Numbered from the whole stretch's first letter, positions 49,326 to 63,685 are shown. The stretch: DNA of 63,685 nt, filler included, from Phoronis australis (GCA_002633005.1; 11 parts of 11 records of this genome joined end to end with filler, not necessarily neighbours in it), one strand, 5' to 3'. Translations and numbers: made by a program. The notes: a model not told the origin generated them from the letters alone.

Positions 49326-50147
49326 TTAAGTTTTAACCTCATACTAAAAGACCTACTTGTTTATGGTCCACAGCGTTTGCGCGCGAAACCTACTTCTTTT
49401 TGTAATGCTTATTACACGTTTTATATTTTGTGCCATCACTTCTTAACAAATTTGTCGTTTTTGAAATAGTCTTCAAATGCCCAAAAGACCAAATCCATTT
49501 TTCGTGTTGGCAATAATGACGGGATTGCTTTGGAAATCGCCTTAAGATAAGGTTTGTCAAAGAGAGTATTGCGAGTTTCTGAGTGATTCACTAAGGCTTT
49601 GATTAAAATTCACATCTTGCCAGCAGCTTCTGGTTTTTCATCCTCACTCGGATTCCATTTTCTTTAAAAAATGAAGTAAATTTTCTTCATTGCATAGTGG
49701 AGCAGACGACGGAAACGGAGTCGTAGTGCGCAGCGCCACTGCCGGTCGCCTGGGATATCGCGGGAGAGCCTATACTTAGCCATAGTTCCGTTACGAATGC
49801 GCCGTGTTCCGAATTTTACACTTGAAACTGNNNNNNNNNNNNNNNNNNNNNNNNNNNNNNNNNNNNNNNNNNNNTTAATTAATTAANNNNNNNNNNNNNN
49901 NNNNNNNNNNNNNNNNNNNNNNNNNNNNNNGGTTGATTAAAGGTGCGTTTGCTAAGTAAAGACCTTGGTGTTGTAGACCAAGAAAGCCACCAGACCAGGT
50001 TAACTTCCTTGGTCTGCTCACATGCTCCAACCTCATAGAGCAAGTGAACTCCCAACCTTGAGTTGCAGTCTACCATTGAAACTTGATGAATGATAGAAAG
50101 CTCATCAAAATAAAATGGTCGTAGGAAAGTCGCATGTCAATGTGCCA

Positions 50148-51243
50148 GTACGGCATTATTCGATGAGTTACGGATTGATGGCAATTGCCGGTTTATCGTG
50201 GAAGGTTATAAATAAATGTGGAGTTATTGATGTCGTGACCTTCCGTGATAAATTGGTAATTTGCGTTTGGCACATTGACAGTACGCAGCGGCTTTTGGTC
50301 AGTCGCAGGCGTTTTCAGCTTCTGATCGTCCCCAATACACCATATACATATAATACAAGGTATGACACTCCAGACTAGAAATTCCACGGGTGCTTCACTT
50401 CAGCTGTCCATAGCAAACACAAAACTGAATAAATTTTCAAAAAACAGAGGTTCAACAAACCACAAGGAATTTTTCTTTCTCCTAATACCATTTACAGTGT
50501 CCAGCTCCACTGAGCTCACAACAAATTCGCGGTCAAAGCACAAAAATTTTCCCAAAATGTCGTTGCGTACCACAAATATGCTACACAGAAATTACTGGTT
50601 TGTCACGGATGGTCACGACATCAATACCTCCACACTTACCAAGACCATTTCGTAACCTTCTGTGGTGAACCGGCAAATGCCGTCGACTCGTAACTCATCG
50701 GATTATTCCGTACCCTACTTGACCTTCACCGCATGAAGCATATTGCTAGTACGCAGCGACTTTTTGAGAAGATTTTTGTGCTTTGACCGCGAATTTGTTG
50801 CGAACTCGGTGGAGCAGGACACTGTAAATGGTATTGGCAGAAAGAACAATTCCTCATGGTTTGTTGAATCCCTGTTTTGTGTACATTTATAGAGTTTTGT
50901 GTTTGCTATGGACAGCTGACGTGAAGCACCCGTGAAATTTCTAATCTGAAGTGTCATACCTTGTAGTATTCTATATAGTGTGTTGGAGACGGTCAGAAGT
51001 TGAGGACGCCTGTGTTTTTGGACTTGGTAAGATTTTTGTGTTTTGACTGGGGACTACCTGGAGTCGGACACCGTAAATGCTATCAGAAGAAAGAAGTTAG
51101 AACAATTGCTCATGGTTTGCTAAACACCAGCCATGTATAAATTCATAAAGTAATGTGTTTGATATGGACGACTGAACTGAAGCACCCGTGTCATACCTTG
51201 TAGTCTAGTGTAATTGGAGACTATCAGAAGCTAAGGACGCCTG
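50148..51243. mobile_element. MITE with ~120-bp TIRs (50148-50713) plus an adjacent inverted partial copy carrying two tandem ~230-270-bp core units
   Basis: 50148-50262 pairs with 50588-50713. Core 50290-50582 is the reverse complement of 50737-51012, which repeats in tandem at ~51025-51243. Confidence 0.75.
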
Positions 51244-51699
51244 TGGTCGCGACGTAAAAACGATGACAGGCAGACAACATAAATTGCACTTATGAACCTT
51301 AAATTCACTTTTAAACTTATGAAAACAATACTTACATTTAAAGTTGGTATATTCGTCCCTTATGGGAAATTATAGGATGAACCACAACAAACCCCGGCCG
51401 ATGAATTTCGTATCAACTGTGATCGCGCAAACATACCACATCGGGCAGGCGAAAAAAAGGCTTTTTGATTGGACAATAATACCATAACAACACGGCGCGA
51501 TTCTTAGCGCACCTGTTGGATGAGTGCTTCAATTCAAACATTTTGCACCGCCAATGTCGCTGCAATCACGCTTCGCAATGTGCCACCACTCACCAGAGAC
51601 CGTAGCGTCTTTGGTGCCACTGAACAGTTGAGCCTCGAGAACAGTTAGGATGCGGCCGAGGCCAGTTTGCACAAAATATTAAAATCTAGGGGTAAACCG

Positions 51700-52790
51700 G
51701 ACTTGAAAATTGGCTCCACTGTCAGTGACTGGTTAAATGTCCCCAAGCCCCAAGGGCGTGTCTGTCTTAGGCCCCATGTTATTCAACATTTTTATCAATG
51801 ATATATTTTACGGTAAGCAGGCTCCTCTTTATCTGCAGTCCGCCTCAGCCTCAAGGTAGCTGGGCACATGGATTGGTTCTCCTCTAATGGAATGGCTGTA
51901 AACCTTGTCCTTGGTAAATTTAAGTCAATCATCTTTTCTAGGAATCGTGTACAAAATAATGATAGGTATCTCATGTCTGGTGATACTATGATTAAGTGTG
52001 AAGAGTCCGTTAAGATGCTGGGTGTCCAACTTGACAGCCAGCTAAGATTCCACGAGCACGTTGATGTTATTTGCAAAAAAGCTTCTAGACAGATGAATGC
52101 CTTGTTCCGTCTTCGAAATGTTTTAGGCATTAACAGTAAGCTTACGTTATATTATGCATTTATAAGATCCTATTTTAATCACTGCCCCCTCGTTTGGCAC
52201 CTATGTGGAATACAGAAAAGTAGGAAAATGGAAAAGATACAACACCGTGCTTTAAAGTTTGTGTTCAATGACAACGAGTCCAGCTACTCACAACTCTTAG
52301 TTAAGGCTAGGAGCTGCTCTCTAACTAGTTGGCGGATGAAATGCTTATCTATTGAAGTATTCAAAAATGTTCATATTATTGGACCCTGTCCTTTGTCAGG
52401 AAAGCTTGAATTTAGAGAGTCTGGATACGGTCTCAGAGGTGAAAACTGTCTCTATGTGAAACGCTTTAATACGATGACTTACGGATGTAACTCAATCTCC
52501 CATAAAGGTACTTTGCTATGGAACTCATTGCCATCAGTAATGAGACAATGTACTACCTTAAATGAATTTATCACTCTTGCTCATGACTTTTTCTCTGAGA
52601 TCTGCTCTTGTGAAGACTGCTATGGATGCCTACACACTTCGTAACATGTATGTGTGCTTTTGTACTTACATTTATGTTTAAGTTCTGTATATTCTCTGTA
52701 CTGTAGAATTAGCTAGTATTTTAGTTCTGTTCATTTTGTAGATTTTAAATCTGTCGGATAATAGCACTTGTGCTAATGTTTCATTGTTAA
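51700..52790 (+). mobile_element. CR1/L2-group LINE 3' end (RT C-terminal half, ORF 51868-52644)
   Basis: SDWLNV..PQG..LGPMLFNIFINDI, WFSSNGMAVN..K, VKMLGVQLDSQLRFHEHV, YFNHCPLVW, MEKIQHRALKFV, LWNSLP. The YADD region is deleted. 3' hairpin tagcacttgtgcta. Confidence 0.9.
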
Positions 52791-54989
52791 GGTTCACCGA
52801 CTTTTAAATAAAGATTATTAATTACTACTACTAGGTTAGGTATTGTATATAGGTTAAGTGAATGTGGCTTGTTTGTATTTGTGAACATGCTGAGAATGAA
52901 AAAACACTTGCTCGGTTCAAGATGGCGGCCCCCTGCAGCAAAGTAGACACCGGTGACCGGCGACGGTACTGTAAGCGAGCATCGGCAGGGAAGTGGTGGT
53001 TTTGGGGTGAAAAGTGCCGATTTGCGTTTCTTTGCTCGTATTTTTCCTAGCTTATCTGTACTGTGTAGCCGGGCTTGTGTTGTGAACTGACTCAAAACTT
53101 TTCTTTCTTTGCCTGCAATTTTTGACAGAGTGAAGAAAGGGTGACGAGTCCATTGAGATGTGCTCTTATAGGAAAACCCCTTTGAGAAATGTTCTGTGCC
53201 CCCAAAGATGACTCTCTTGATTAGTTCGCGCCATGTACAGCCACAGGTGTTCATCAACTTATCTTTGCCCCTGACATTGCATACTAAGTGCACGCGTGAA
53301 TTATCTTGCCATATGTCCATCTGGTATATTTCATAATGAAGTTCAAGTCCACGTCTGCTGCTTTTGTGTAAAACTGAGGGTGAGGTAGGGACATCATGCA
53401 TTGCCATGATTCAGGCTGACGTGTTTGTTGTTGGTTGCAAGTAGTGGCTCTGCCTCAAGATTTGTACAGCTTTGTGTTGAACTCGAACTGCTGTTTTATG
53501 GAATAGGCCTACATGTCATGAGTTGTCCAGGGTTTTCTCTGACAAGAATGGTGTGTATTATTGTGTCTCCCTCAGACTTTCGAACGACCCATGTTCCTAT
53601 ACTCTGTCTTGCATATGCTCTTTCCTGCCGCGTTAAATACTCACAAATTTCAGATCCCAAAACTGACTTCGTTCATGCAGGTACGGCGTTACTGTTCTCC
53701 ACGACCGCCATTGAAAGTCTTTAGAGCGCAAGTCAAGTTCCCGACGTGAAAGTTGAATTAGTGCTCTCTAACTGACACGTGTATTCGAGTAGCTAAGTTT
53801 GTGATTTGAAAAGGGAGAAAATGCCCGTGGAAAAAGTATCAAGGATTTTTCTAGGTCTGACCTGCTACTGGCTGTCATCAAAGTCGTTAAAGATTCAAAC
53901 TAACTCCGAGGGCAACTTCCCTCCGTTTTTTGTTCGCAACCCAAATTTTGCAACTTAACTCATGTTTGAAAAACGTCTGTCGAAAAAAAATCCGTGAAGC
54001 TATACTTTAACCGAATAAACAATTCAGTGAAAATTTCACAACAAAAATGTGGTACTTATGCTGTTTACGTACTCAACAATTAGTTTTCCATGAAGTGAAT
54101 AGCCTCCAAATAATTACCGACTCCCTCCGTGCGAGTTTCCATCTGGTAATGGCAAGTTTGCTCAATACCTTCCAGGTATGGGAAAAATAGGTCAGTCACA
54201 AAACGACACGCATGTCACTGGTGTTAACTTTCTTTCGGAGGTATAAAACAAAGCCGGGATTTGGTTTTACATATTGAGAAAAGACGTTTTTTGAAAACGG
54301 CATTTGTTGTGTAAAATGAGAGTGACACACCATATAGGCTGCACGCGCGGTCGTTTGTAGTGCGATATGTTGGGCGCTAGCCTAAACTGTGGGCGATTAA
54401 TTGGAAATTCTCAAACATTGAGGGGGAACGCTTAGTAGATCAGTGAGCGCTTATTGTGAAACACTTCAAAGGTAGGGAGTAGGTTTGTGTGTTAGCATAG
54501 TCGTTAACCTGAGTGTTTGCGGTAATAAGATATTAAAAGACTACAATGGTAAGAAATGTTATAATAATACGATTTTGCGAAGCAACCTCCATCTAGTAGG
54601 GGTGACTTTCTGCATATCGTTACCACCTACACTGTACCCTTTTTAGTCACCCGGAATAATTTTGTTTTTAATTGCCCGCTTCAGCTGGAACATGATTGTT
54701 TCTATTGGAATCTGAAATTTTTACGGCGGCGGTGGTCCGGGGAGCGAAAAGTTGCCGGGGAGCTTAGGGGGCGGGGGAGGTGTATGAAGAGAAGAATAAA
54801 AAGTTCGCTAACCACAATTTCGCATCTAGTAGACGTTTAGTTGCAATAGCTGGCTACGGGCATAGACTATAGGGTGTAGAGAACATCGACCTCGAGAAAC
54901 ATCGGAACCGGAAAATATCAGTTCTGGGTTACATCCGTCGCGGGGAATATCGTAAAGCATCAGGTCTTTTATAACGGCTGGAAATCTAT

Positions 54990-55894
54990 GAATTCATTTT
55001 CAAATAAACCATTGGCAACCGGGTGCTTAACAGAGCCAAGCCGGTATACTCTTTCATTTAGGACTGCCGCTGTTCTCTTTTGATGTGCAGCTTTGAAACG
55101 GTGCGCACGCGTGAGTTCACGCACTTGAATTGCTGAAATAGACCTACACTTTACGTTGACAACAACGTGTGAAAGACAAATCATATTTCGCCCACGTAGC
55201 CCCAGAAACAAGTAATGGGGTTTGAGAATTTCTTGGCAACTGAAAGTAAAGATTTGATCGTCGTTCTTTGGCTGTCCAATGGGATAAAAACGAGGCGCAC
55301 ATATCTATGTCACGATTGTCTTGCTGGGACCGCTTGCACGCTAACAACGGGATCGACCAGTGCCGCAGTGGGATATCAGGGATATTGTTGTGGATATTTG
55401 GTAAAGGTAATAAAGACATCTTAAGCAAAAAGCAAACATATTTGTCCACCACAAAGTTTGATAAGTTGATCGCTTAAGAAGTAATAGAAACACCACTGTT
55501 TTGTGCGGTTTTATCACGTCTTATGTGGCCCGAAACTTTCTTTGGCAAATCCGGAAATTTGCAAAAGTGGCCGAAAATGTTAGCCAATGAAACGCGTCAA
55601 AGACCGATTCTGCATATCCCATGGTCACGAGACTTGCTTACAAGTCATTGGGAGGGTTTTTCTCAGTTAGTGGTCTTTTGAACTTGGATTTGGCAACAAC
55701 CAAGTAATGGTCGGATTAACAATAGTTGCTTTATATTTGCCAGGTATCTGCCGAGAAGTGTAAAAACTCAGCTCGCATTCGTTGGAAATTCCAGGTCGCA
55801 TTTTGCGACTTGATACGAGCTGACAGAAATCTCAGCTCGCTTTTCCAAATTTCAGGTCGCAAATGCGACCTGCAGCTCGTTATGTCGAGCCCTG
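54990..55894 (-). mobile_element. hAT-like non-autonomous family copy
   Basis: Ends ...gttatgtcgagccctg; homologous to 27205-27860 and 4895-5465. Confidence 0.7.
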
Positions 55895-55947
55895 ACAGTG
55901 ACTACCTTCTCTAGTTCAACTAGAGACGGTGGTCACTGTCAAGGCTA

Positions 55948-56300
55948 CTCTCGAGTTCCGAATAGCCGTATCTATACGATTATTTTTTTCAGACTCGTTT
56001 TCCGGTCTATACGACGCTTATTCGGGTCTCTACGTTTATTAATTTTCCGACGTTTTTCCGCTCTCCGCGATTATTTGATTCAGCATCATTATTGACATGC
56101 ACATTCTACATACTTAAAGAATTCAAGGATTGTTTTACAAACCGAGAGATGTTCCAGATACAGACATTGATTCAGATGCTGGTACAACAAATAATCCAGC
56201 TACAGATACGGGCCGTGGTGATAACGTGGCCATTCAATGAAGCGCAAATACCCGTGCAATTAATGAACGGTGCGAACCTTTCAATCAACAAAATACCAAC
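55948..56300 (+). mobile_element. Deleted copy of the TA-CTCTCGAGTTCCGAATAG element
   Basis: Homologous to 23732-23865 plus 25145-25612. Confidence 0.75.
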
Positions 56301-58599
56301 AAGTAGCCGACAACATCGCCGGAGATCAGTGTTGTCCGGCGATGTTCAGGATATTTGACATCACCATGTAATTTAAACCTGTTGGCAGTTTCAGACAAAA
56401 AGTTGTGCACCCTAAGGACAAACAACCNNNNNNNNNNNNNNNNNNNNNNNNNNNNNNNNNNNNNNNNNNNNTTAATTAATTAANNNNNNNNNNNNNNNNN
56501 NNNNNNNNNNNNNNNNNNNNNNNNNNNACAAAAGACCACAGAAATTTTCCTGACGAAATACCGGGTTTGCAGTTCTCTAAAAACATTCGAATGACAAGAC
56601 AAAGTCCACCACTGTCCGTGGCAACTTGTCGCATGTTTTTCGCCCATCGGTCCTATCATTGTTTTCCTTTGTTGTGTCATTGTTGGATATAACAACACAG
56701 GTCGCATGAATGTAGAACCTTGCGTACATAAGACCGTTGCCGATAAGTGCTCATTATATCTTTACAACGGGAACAATGAAGATGCTAATCTATTGTTCTC
56801 TATGCGACCAGGTTTCCCGTAGATGACCACAGAAGAGGAAAGTATCTACAGACAATGACCACGCCCCTTTGTAACTATTACCGTGCACACGAATCACTTC
56901 CATGGAACCTAAACACCAAATTTTTATATCCGTGTATTGTGTTGTATTGCTCATGGTACGGGTTCAGACTCTGTTGTATTAAGATTCCAATCCCCAACCC
57001 TGTAATATGTAGTTTGAGTAAAATTTCTAGACAATACAGGCTTATAGACTTATTTTCCTTTAAATGAAGAGTAAAAATCAAATTCTGCATAGGGTTTTTA
57101 AAAGTAATCACATATTGGAAGATCACACATCTAAAAAATAAAACAATGTTTGACAATTTTATTCATTATCTTATTTGAAAATTGCCTACATCACGGACAA
57201 CTCATCTCAGTTGAAAATATTCCTTGTGAAAAAATACAAATTACCAACCAGAGACTTGTGTACTACAAAATATGTTTTCGTAATACAATGCAAAGATAAC
57301 TGAACAATCAAAAGTGCAAATGTTATGACTCTAACAAAAATTGCCTTCTAGATCTTTTCAACACTCCAATTGCTACAGGACAGAGTCAACCACACAAAGC
57401 CCATAAAGTCAGGGAATTACATTTAAGGTGATGTAGTCTCACTGCGAAAAAAGTGATTTGGCAATATCGCTGACAACACTGGAAATCTCTTCTTCACAAA
57501 CTTGAGGTAGCTGTATTTACCACATCAATGTTCTCATCAAAACTAACCACCACAAAATGAAAAATTGGCTTGTCGTTTCCAATTAGGCAGCATTTTACAA
57601 TGAAATGGTCATGAAAAAAATATTTTTGCAACATGGTTTGCATTACAAGTGCCTTACGATTACAGTTGTACACACATACTAGACCAGTAACAAAAAAAAT
57701 ACCATGGGGACCATAAAATGGTCAATTCGCCAAAAACAAGGAGCCACCAGAGCTAATGTGCCAAAAAATCATTTGAAGTGGACAGAAACTCGCCTAAAAT
57801 CACATAAAACAATTTTTGATTTAGACATTTTACCATCACGAAATAGGTATTACTTCCAGGTCACTTTTGAGCAATTTCAGAACTTTGAAAGATCTGGCAA
57901 TATGCAATTGCTAGAGACCAGTCTAATAGCGTGTGATTTTATACACACAACATGGCCTCAAGGAATAGCAAACTGTCAATTCGCTACAATTCCAGAAATC
58001 ACTTCCCATCTGGATAAGGAACAAACTGAGCAAAGTTTAAAGAGGTAAATGGTCTAAATCAAAACTTATTACCTCATGGACAGAAAGTTTACAACCCAGG
58101 CAGAAAGATAAGTTAACAAAACCAGCCCAACTGCAACAGGGGCTCAAATTTCAGCAATATATACCCATTTACAAACAAAAAGCTATAATGGTAAATAAAA
58201 TGCGGAAACATAAATTCAGATCAATTACGCAACGAACAGTACAGTGGTCAGAAATCATCTAAATGTGATGGCCACACTGAGAAATCCTGTCAGACCAAAA
58301 AATCCAGAGGCTAAACAAAATGAACAATGTACCATTACCAATTGGCCCAGTATCATGATCCGTGCCTGGACAAAAAATCAGTCTAGGTAAATTTTAGATT
58401 TGTGCTGTTCTCACAAGCAGTTCTGGTGCAAACAAAGCATGCGACAACACACAAGCCTACTTCCCTACACAGCTGTGCTGACACAATAATGCCACCACTG
58501 GGTTTAGCAGATCAGCTAGAGTATTTACAGGTCTAGTCACTGTACTGTTTCCTCCCTTTGAATTTTTACAATGTTACATCCTTGACAATCGCAGATTGC

Positions 58600-58935
58600 C
58601 TCTTTCAATGCACACTCCACTTCCCACTTCCTTTGTCCCAGTTTCCCCACATTTGCTGAGAGTGGCCTGTCTCAACAAATTACTTTGGACCTGTTGTGGT
58701 ATAAGCCAGTAATCTTTTGCAAATACTTTTTCCCCCGACTCGTTCCTCAAGCTACAAATTCTCTTTGACATATCTTCTGGGAGTAGACTTTTCGGCCTCT
58801 CTCTAGCCCCCTCACTTAGTTGTCCAGAAGGGTACCTTCTTGCTGGTTGTGAACTTTTCCATACCCAACCTTTACTAATAATCGGCAGGTCTCCAACTTC
58901 AGCAGAAGCCATTTCTTCAGCATAAGCCTTTCCTG
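58600..58935 (-). mobile_element. DNA-transposase C-terminal remnant (tentatively Sola3-like)
   Basis: ISKGWVWKSSQPARRY...PEDMSKRICSLRNESGEKVFAKDYWLIPQQVQS resembles the GWALK..RFS..DP..VA..MR..G.R.F...L..QQI.S motif. Possible end TTAA-GGTGATGTAG at 57423. Confidence 0.5.
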
Positions 58936-59065
58936 ATTCCTAAAATTGTATTAATGAAAAAATTAAACATATTATTTCGGCTCAGAAAATATGAATACCA
59001 AGCTAAAGTGAAGGCACCAATATTTTTGACGGCTTTAGCATGTTTAATTAACTTCATAATCGCAG

Positions 59066-61508
59066 AAATTCATTGGCAGACATAACATACTCCGTACTCT
59101 CTAAAAGTAGTTCATGGGCAGAAGTCATGTTACACATTTGGCGGTTGTTATGAAAAGTTATGACTACCTATTTTCTATGCCAATGTATACATGTAGCATA
59201 AACATCAACACATTTGAATAAGATATGATTAAGCAATAAGGCCCAAGTTATAAGCAATCACGGTGTGTCAATAAAAGTATTTTTGCATCAATGACATGCT
59301 TCTAAATATTCCCCAGGGTCAGACCCTGGAGTTTAGTGATTCCTACCTGAGCTCACACGACGCAGGACGTTGAACCTTGACCTAACGTCTTTGGTCATTT
59401 TTCAGACCTCTAATCAGATTTCTCCTCTAGTGTGCATTGGATGTACTCACTGTCTTTGTTGACGCCAATATATCTCGAGTGTTGTAACGATGATTGGGGC
59501 AAGTGAATCTAATACGGTAGATTATGTAGCTCCTGCTGCACAGCTGCCGCCGAGGCAGACACTGAGGCAGACTACTTCTCAGGAGGACACGTTCCACCTT
59601 CACATCAGCTCCACTTACTTTTATAAGGTGCTCAAATGTCTCGCTCTATTCCTTGTGCATTTCCCAAGAGTTTCCAAAGTTGTTTCTCTCAGCAATTTGT
59701 AGAAATACCACATTCGATGTGACTGGCAGTGCCAGATAAATAGATAAATTCGCAATCCCGCACTTTAGGTCAGCCATCATTCTACTAACGCATTGTAAGC
59801 TTTAGTTTGGTATTCACACGAGTTGAATGAACAAATTTAGTATAATTTCATATTTTTGTGGGAAATGCTAGTGTCCTTAAATTTAATTAAAAACATTTAA
59901 GCAAACCTATTCTTTTAATTGTTGTATTATACCACGGCATATTAATGCGTAGACACGGCGCACAACCAGTGACTGGTTTAACACGACAAATACACATACG
60001 CGGTCTGAAAATAGTGAAATTCAGACACCTATTACCAAGCCTGTCTGAAGGGCTGACAAAGTTTTTATTGTATTAATTTCAAGGGCATGGGGTTTTCTAC
60101 ATGTCTAATTTATTATTTTTAGTTTTCTCGCGGGGGCAGCTTCGCTATAAGGATGCAACTTACTGCTGGTTTTTCACAAGAAGGAAATGTACCTCCACGG
60201 AAACAGTTCCAGTGTTACCATGTTAACCGATATTTCAGTGTCCAGTCGGTGCCGTTTTTACTGACTGTTGTGTATTGGTAATGCTACTTGTGGTTTTCCT
60301 TAGAATATAGTCACGTGGTATTTATGCCCACAAGCCACGTGCNAAATTCATTGGCAGACATAACATACTCCCTACTCTCTAAAAGTAGTTCATGGGCAGA
60401 AGTCATGTTACACATTTGGCGGTTGTTATGAAAAGTTATGATGACTACCTATTTTCTATGCCAATGTATACATGTAGCATAAACATCAACACATTTGAAT
60501 AAGATATGATTAAGCAATAAGGCCCAAGTTATAAGCAATCACGGTGTGTCAATAAAAGTATTTTTGCATCAATGACGTGCTTCTAAATATTCCCCAGGGT
60601 CAGACCCTGGAGTTTAGTGATTCCTACCTGAGCTCACACGACGCAGGACGTTGAACCTTGACCTAACGTCAGATTTCTCCTCTTGTGTGCATTGGATGTA
60701 CTCACTGTCTTTGTTGACGCCAATATATCTCGAGTGTTGTAACGATGATTCGGGCAAGTGAATCTAATACGGTAGATTATGTAGCTCCTGCTGCACAGCT
60801 GCCGCCGAGGCAGACACTGAGGCAGACTACTTCTCAGGAGGACACGTTCCAGCTTCACATCAGTTCCACTTACTCTTATAAGGTGCTCAAATGTCTCGCT
60901 CTATTCCTTGTGCATTTCCCAAGAGTTTCCAAAGTTGTTTCTCTCAGCAATTTGTAGAAATACCACATTCGATGTGACTGGCAGTGCCAGATAAATAGAT
61001 AAATTCGCAATCCCGCACTTTAGGTCAGCCATCATTCTACTAACGCATTGTAAGCTTTAGTTTGGTATTCACACGAGTTGAATGAACAAATTTAGTATAA
61101 TTTCATATTTTTGTGGGAAATGCTAGTGTCCTTAAATTTAATTAAAAACATTTAAGCAAACCAATTCTTTTAATTGACGGCATATTAATGCGTAGACACG
61201 GCGCACAACCAGTGACTGGTTTAACACGACAAGTACACATACGCGGTCTGAAAATAGTGAAATTCAGACACCTATTACCAAGCCTGTCTGAAAGGCTGAC
61301 AAAGTTTTTATTTTATTAATTTCAAGGGCATGGGGTTTTCTACATGTCCAATTTATTATTTTTAGTTTTCTCGCGGGGGCAGCTTCGCTATAAAGATGCA
61401 ACTTACTGCTGGTTTTTCACAAGAAGGAAATGTACCTCCACGGAAACAGTTCCAGTGTTACCATGGTAACCGATATTTCAGTGTCCAGTCGGTGCCGTTT
61501 TTACTGAC
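59066..61508 (+). repeat. ~1.2-kb direct duplication (59066-60265 / 60344-61508) across a single-N junction
   Basis: Near-identical with a few indels; N at 60343. Confidence 0.93.
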
Positions 61509-62239
61509 ATTGGTCATGAACCTATCATGTGATATCAAAATTGTTCAGAAATGATTCTGTTTGAAGCAGAAACTGGAGTAGAAAATTTGGTCAAAAATGA
61601 CTCATTCCACATCAAGAAATTGCCTCATTTTGCCCCCCAGAACACTTCCCTTGTATCTCCTAAACCACCAAACTTTGTGGTGTCATACTTCCCTCATTTT
61701 CTCTCATCCCTAATGTGATTTATCAGACTAAACATGGATCTGAATGGTTGACCCCCCACCTTGCCGCTTGTTGGCTGTACTGTGGTCGGTGGATCCGTGG
61801 ACTGATACTTAAACATCACTGCAGAAACGAAATAGATGCTGCGACGCCACTTGCATGACAAGGCTAAAGATTGTTCACAGTCCGCCATTTTTTCACGGTG
61901 TTGTAACGCTAACTACTGACTGCCGAGGTTNCAAAAATTTGGTTTAATCGGATAATTATGTTCATCACTGCCTAAAAATAATTTGTACAAAATTATCTCA
62001 ATAAGTAGCAGTCATTAGTATGTTATCAGATACTTTGTACTTTTGCTCAAATGAGATTGAATTATTGTGGCGCGTAAGACCAAATTTCTTTGAATTCTTA
62101 AGTTTTAAGTCAATTTTGTGAAACATTATACAATGTACATGTATTTATTTCAGCACATATTTATCATTTAACAAGTTATTCAGGTATTAAACGCACTATA
62201 TAAGAGGGATCACGATGCAAATAAGTAACTACCATACTG

Positions 62240-63228
62240 TGCCATCCCTACACTTAGAAATCATGTGACCTTGTTTGTTACTGTAAGCACAACCTAGTTG
62301 ACTGGGCAGCTTACGATGTACATGTATGCCTTCTCGTTTAGAACGGAACTCAACTCTGGTATCTGCACTCACATTCATGAGAAGAGAGTGGGATCTACAA
62401 TAACCCCCCTTATGAATAATAACATAATTATGAGCCGTAACTACATCTTGACTTAGTGGCACGATGCTTGTGGGCATTAACGTGTGGCTGTATCGCGTGA
62501 GGATTACATTTTTTTAATTCTTCCCGTTAAAATTATGGTTTCAAAGAGTTTTTAGAATTACACACAACGAGTAAATCTGTCCACTTTTCAAAAGACAGAA
62601 CACAACGATCGGTTGTAACTTTGTTTTAAAAACGCTTCAACTTCGGTGTACACGCCTCAAGATCGAACACATAAGCTTGTCAAGTTCTCGCTTTCGTAAT
62701 ATAATCTGGCATGTCCTCTTCCGAATGTGTAAAAACACCTCAGCAGCTTTCAGTGTTAACAAGCTCTATTATTTGAACGTTTCCGAACTGTGAGAAGTAC
62801 TTATCAACACTTTTCGCTAAATTTTGGAATAAAGGATGTGTTTTGACAATGTTAAACGTTCCTGCTGTCAGTTTGAACTTCTGCAACTACGTCTTGGCTC
62901 TACCGACTTCTAGCTTTTTGTTTTTCCAGACTTCCTTCATTTGTAAACTGCAAAATCTAAAATTAAGCATTAGTTCCATTCTTTTAATCTCCAGTGCACC
63001 TTGTTCACCCAGTCCTCTATCATGTGATAGCCCTTCAAGCCAGTTTCCTATTTGCAAGTTAGATTCACTCTTGTTTCACTTAATACAGTGACCAACTGCT
63101 GTCAAGTTCGGCAACGAAACACGTGCGGTAACACCTACGTGTTGACATACCGCGAGTATTTCTGCCTTCATAATATTTTTCAGTTTGTCAAACGATTAGA
63201 ATTCCAGCAACTCTCCTGGATTAAACAT
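62240..63228 (-). mobile_element. gag: Degenerate Ty3/gypsy (Gmr1-like) gag; probable leader/LTR continues to the window end
   Basis: MFNPGELL..SFDKLKNIMKAEILAVCQHVGV; FNIVK..FIPKFSE.SVDKYFSQF; AH.YVIIHKG; knuckle CAYSNKQGHMISKC. Confidence 0.7.
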
Positions 63229-63685
63229 CGCGGATGTCTCTCACGTGGCAAATTGACATGTGCTTCCCTGGTTAGCTCGAGTCAGAGAAAAGTCGAAAAA
63301 TATTTCAGAGAAGATTTTTACAACAACACTCTAAGGCTGGCAAACGCAATGATGATACAAAGCATTCGTCAAGTCAAAACACACCAGCATAAATTTGCAT
63401 AACAGTGATGTTAAGGAGGAATTTTGAATAGGTCTCAATGCTCGTAACATTATCAAACAAGCAAACACCGAACTCCTAGTATATAGCCCAGTATAACAAG
63501 GATGTTTGCCATGTTTTCTAATTTGCGACGTGGTTAACATTCACGAAGTTTTTACGAAGACCTCAAAGAAAGAGAAAATGTTTTTGAAACCTTGTATCCT
63601 CTCGTTCCGTCTAAGACCTTTGCTTGGTTTGAGCAAATTCTGAGAGCATACGCCTCTCTCAGAGAGTGCCATTTAATCAGTATTG

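Noticed and set aside
52787-53407. 206-aa minus-strand ORF
   Set aside because: More than half overlaps a non-coding dispersed repeat (copy at 11304-11840), and no domain is recognised.
59066-61508. Duplicated 70-aa ORFs as a gene pair
   Set aside because: They lie in an N-junction duplication and show no recognisable domain.

Overview
This is eukaryotic, repeat-saturated draft-assembly DNA. It is AT-rich and the TE repertoire suggests a marine invertebrate (inference). It contains ten artificial N-TTAATTAATTAA-N contig spacers, plain N gaps and several single-N junctions flanked by near-identical duplications. I found no intact cellular gene, rRNA, tRNA gene or CRISPR array. Transposon remains: a Penelope GIY-YIG 3' end with a hammerhead-like motif, several Ty3/gypsy gag/protease/RT fragments, an L1/Tx1-type LINE lacking its RT, a CR1/L2-type LINE 3' end, Harbinger-, hAT-, piggyBac- and mariner-type non-autonomous elements, and a RecQ-like fragment. 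The most prominent group is TTAA-flanked THAP-domain Kolobok-type elements of two families. Both families carry a convergent KolX/P2X7-C-terminus-like ORF, and one has produced a derivative built from two inverted 5' ends. Host-type sequences are a disrupted intronless LRR-Ig-TM receptor gene, two disrupted copies of an EPTP/EAR-repeat gene inside a 3.35-kb duplication, and an unidentified 160-aa ORF preceded by decayed ~50-codon repeats. I cannot demonstrate a new biological system. The best leads are the Kolobok double-5'-end derivative, the KolX+THAP mini-element, the Penelope hammerhead and the unidentified repeat-protein locus. All family assignments are by-eye motif recognition, not database searches.
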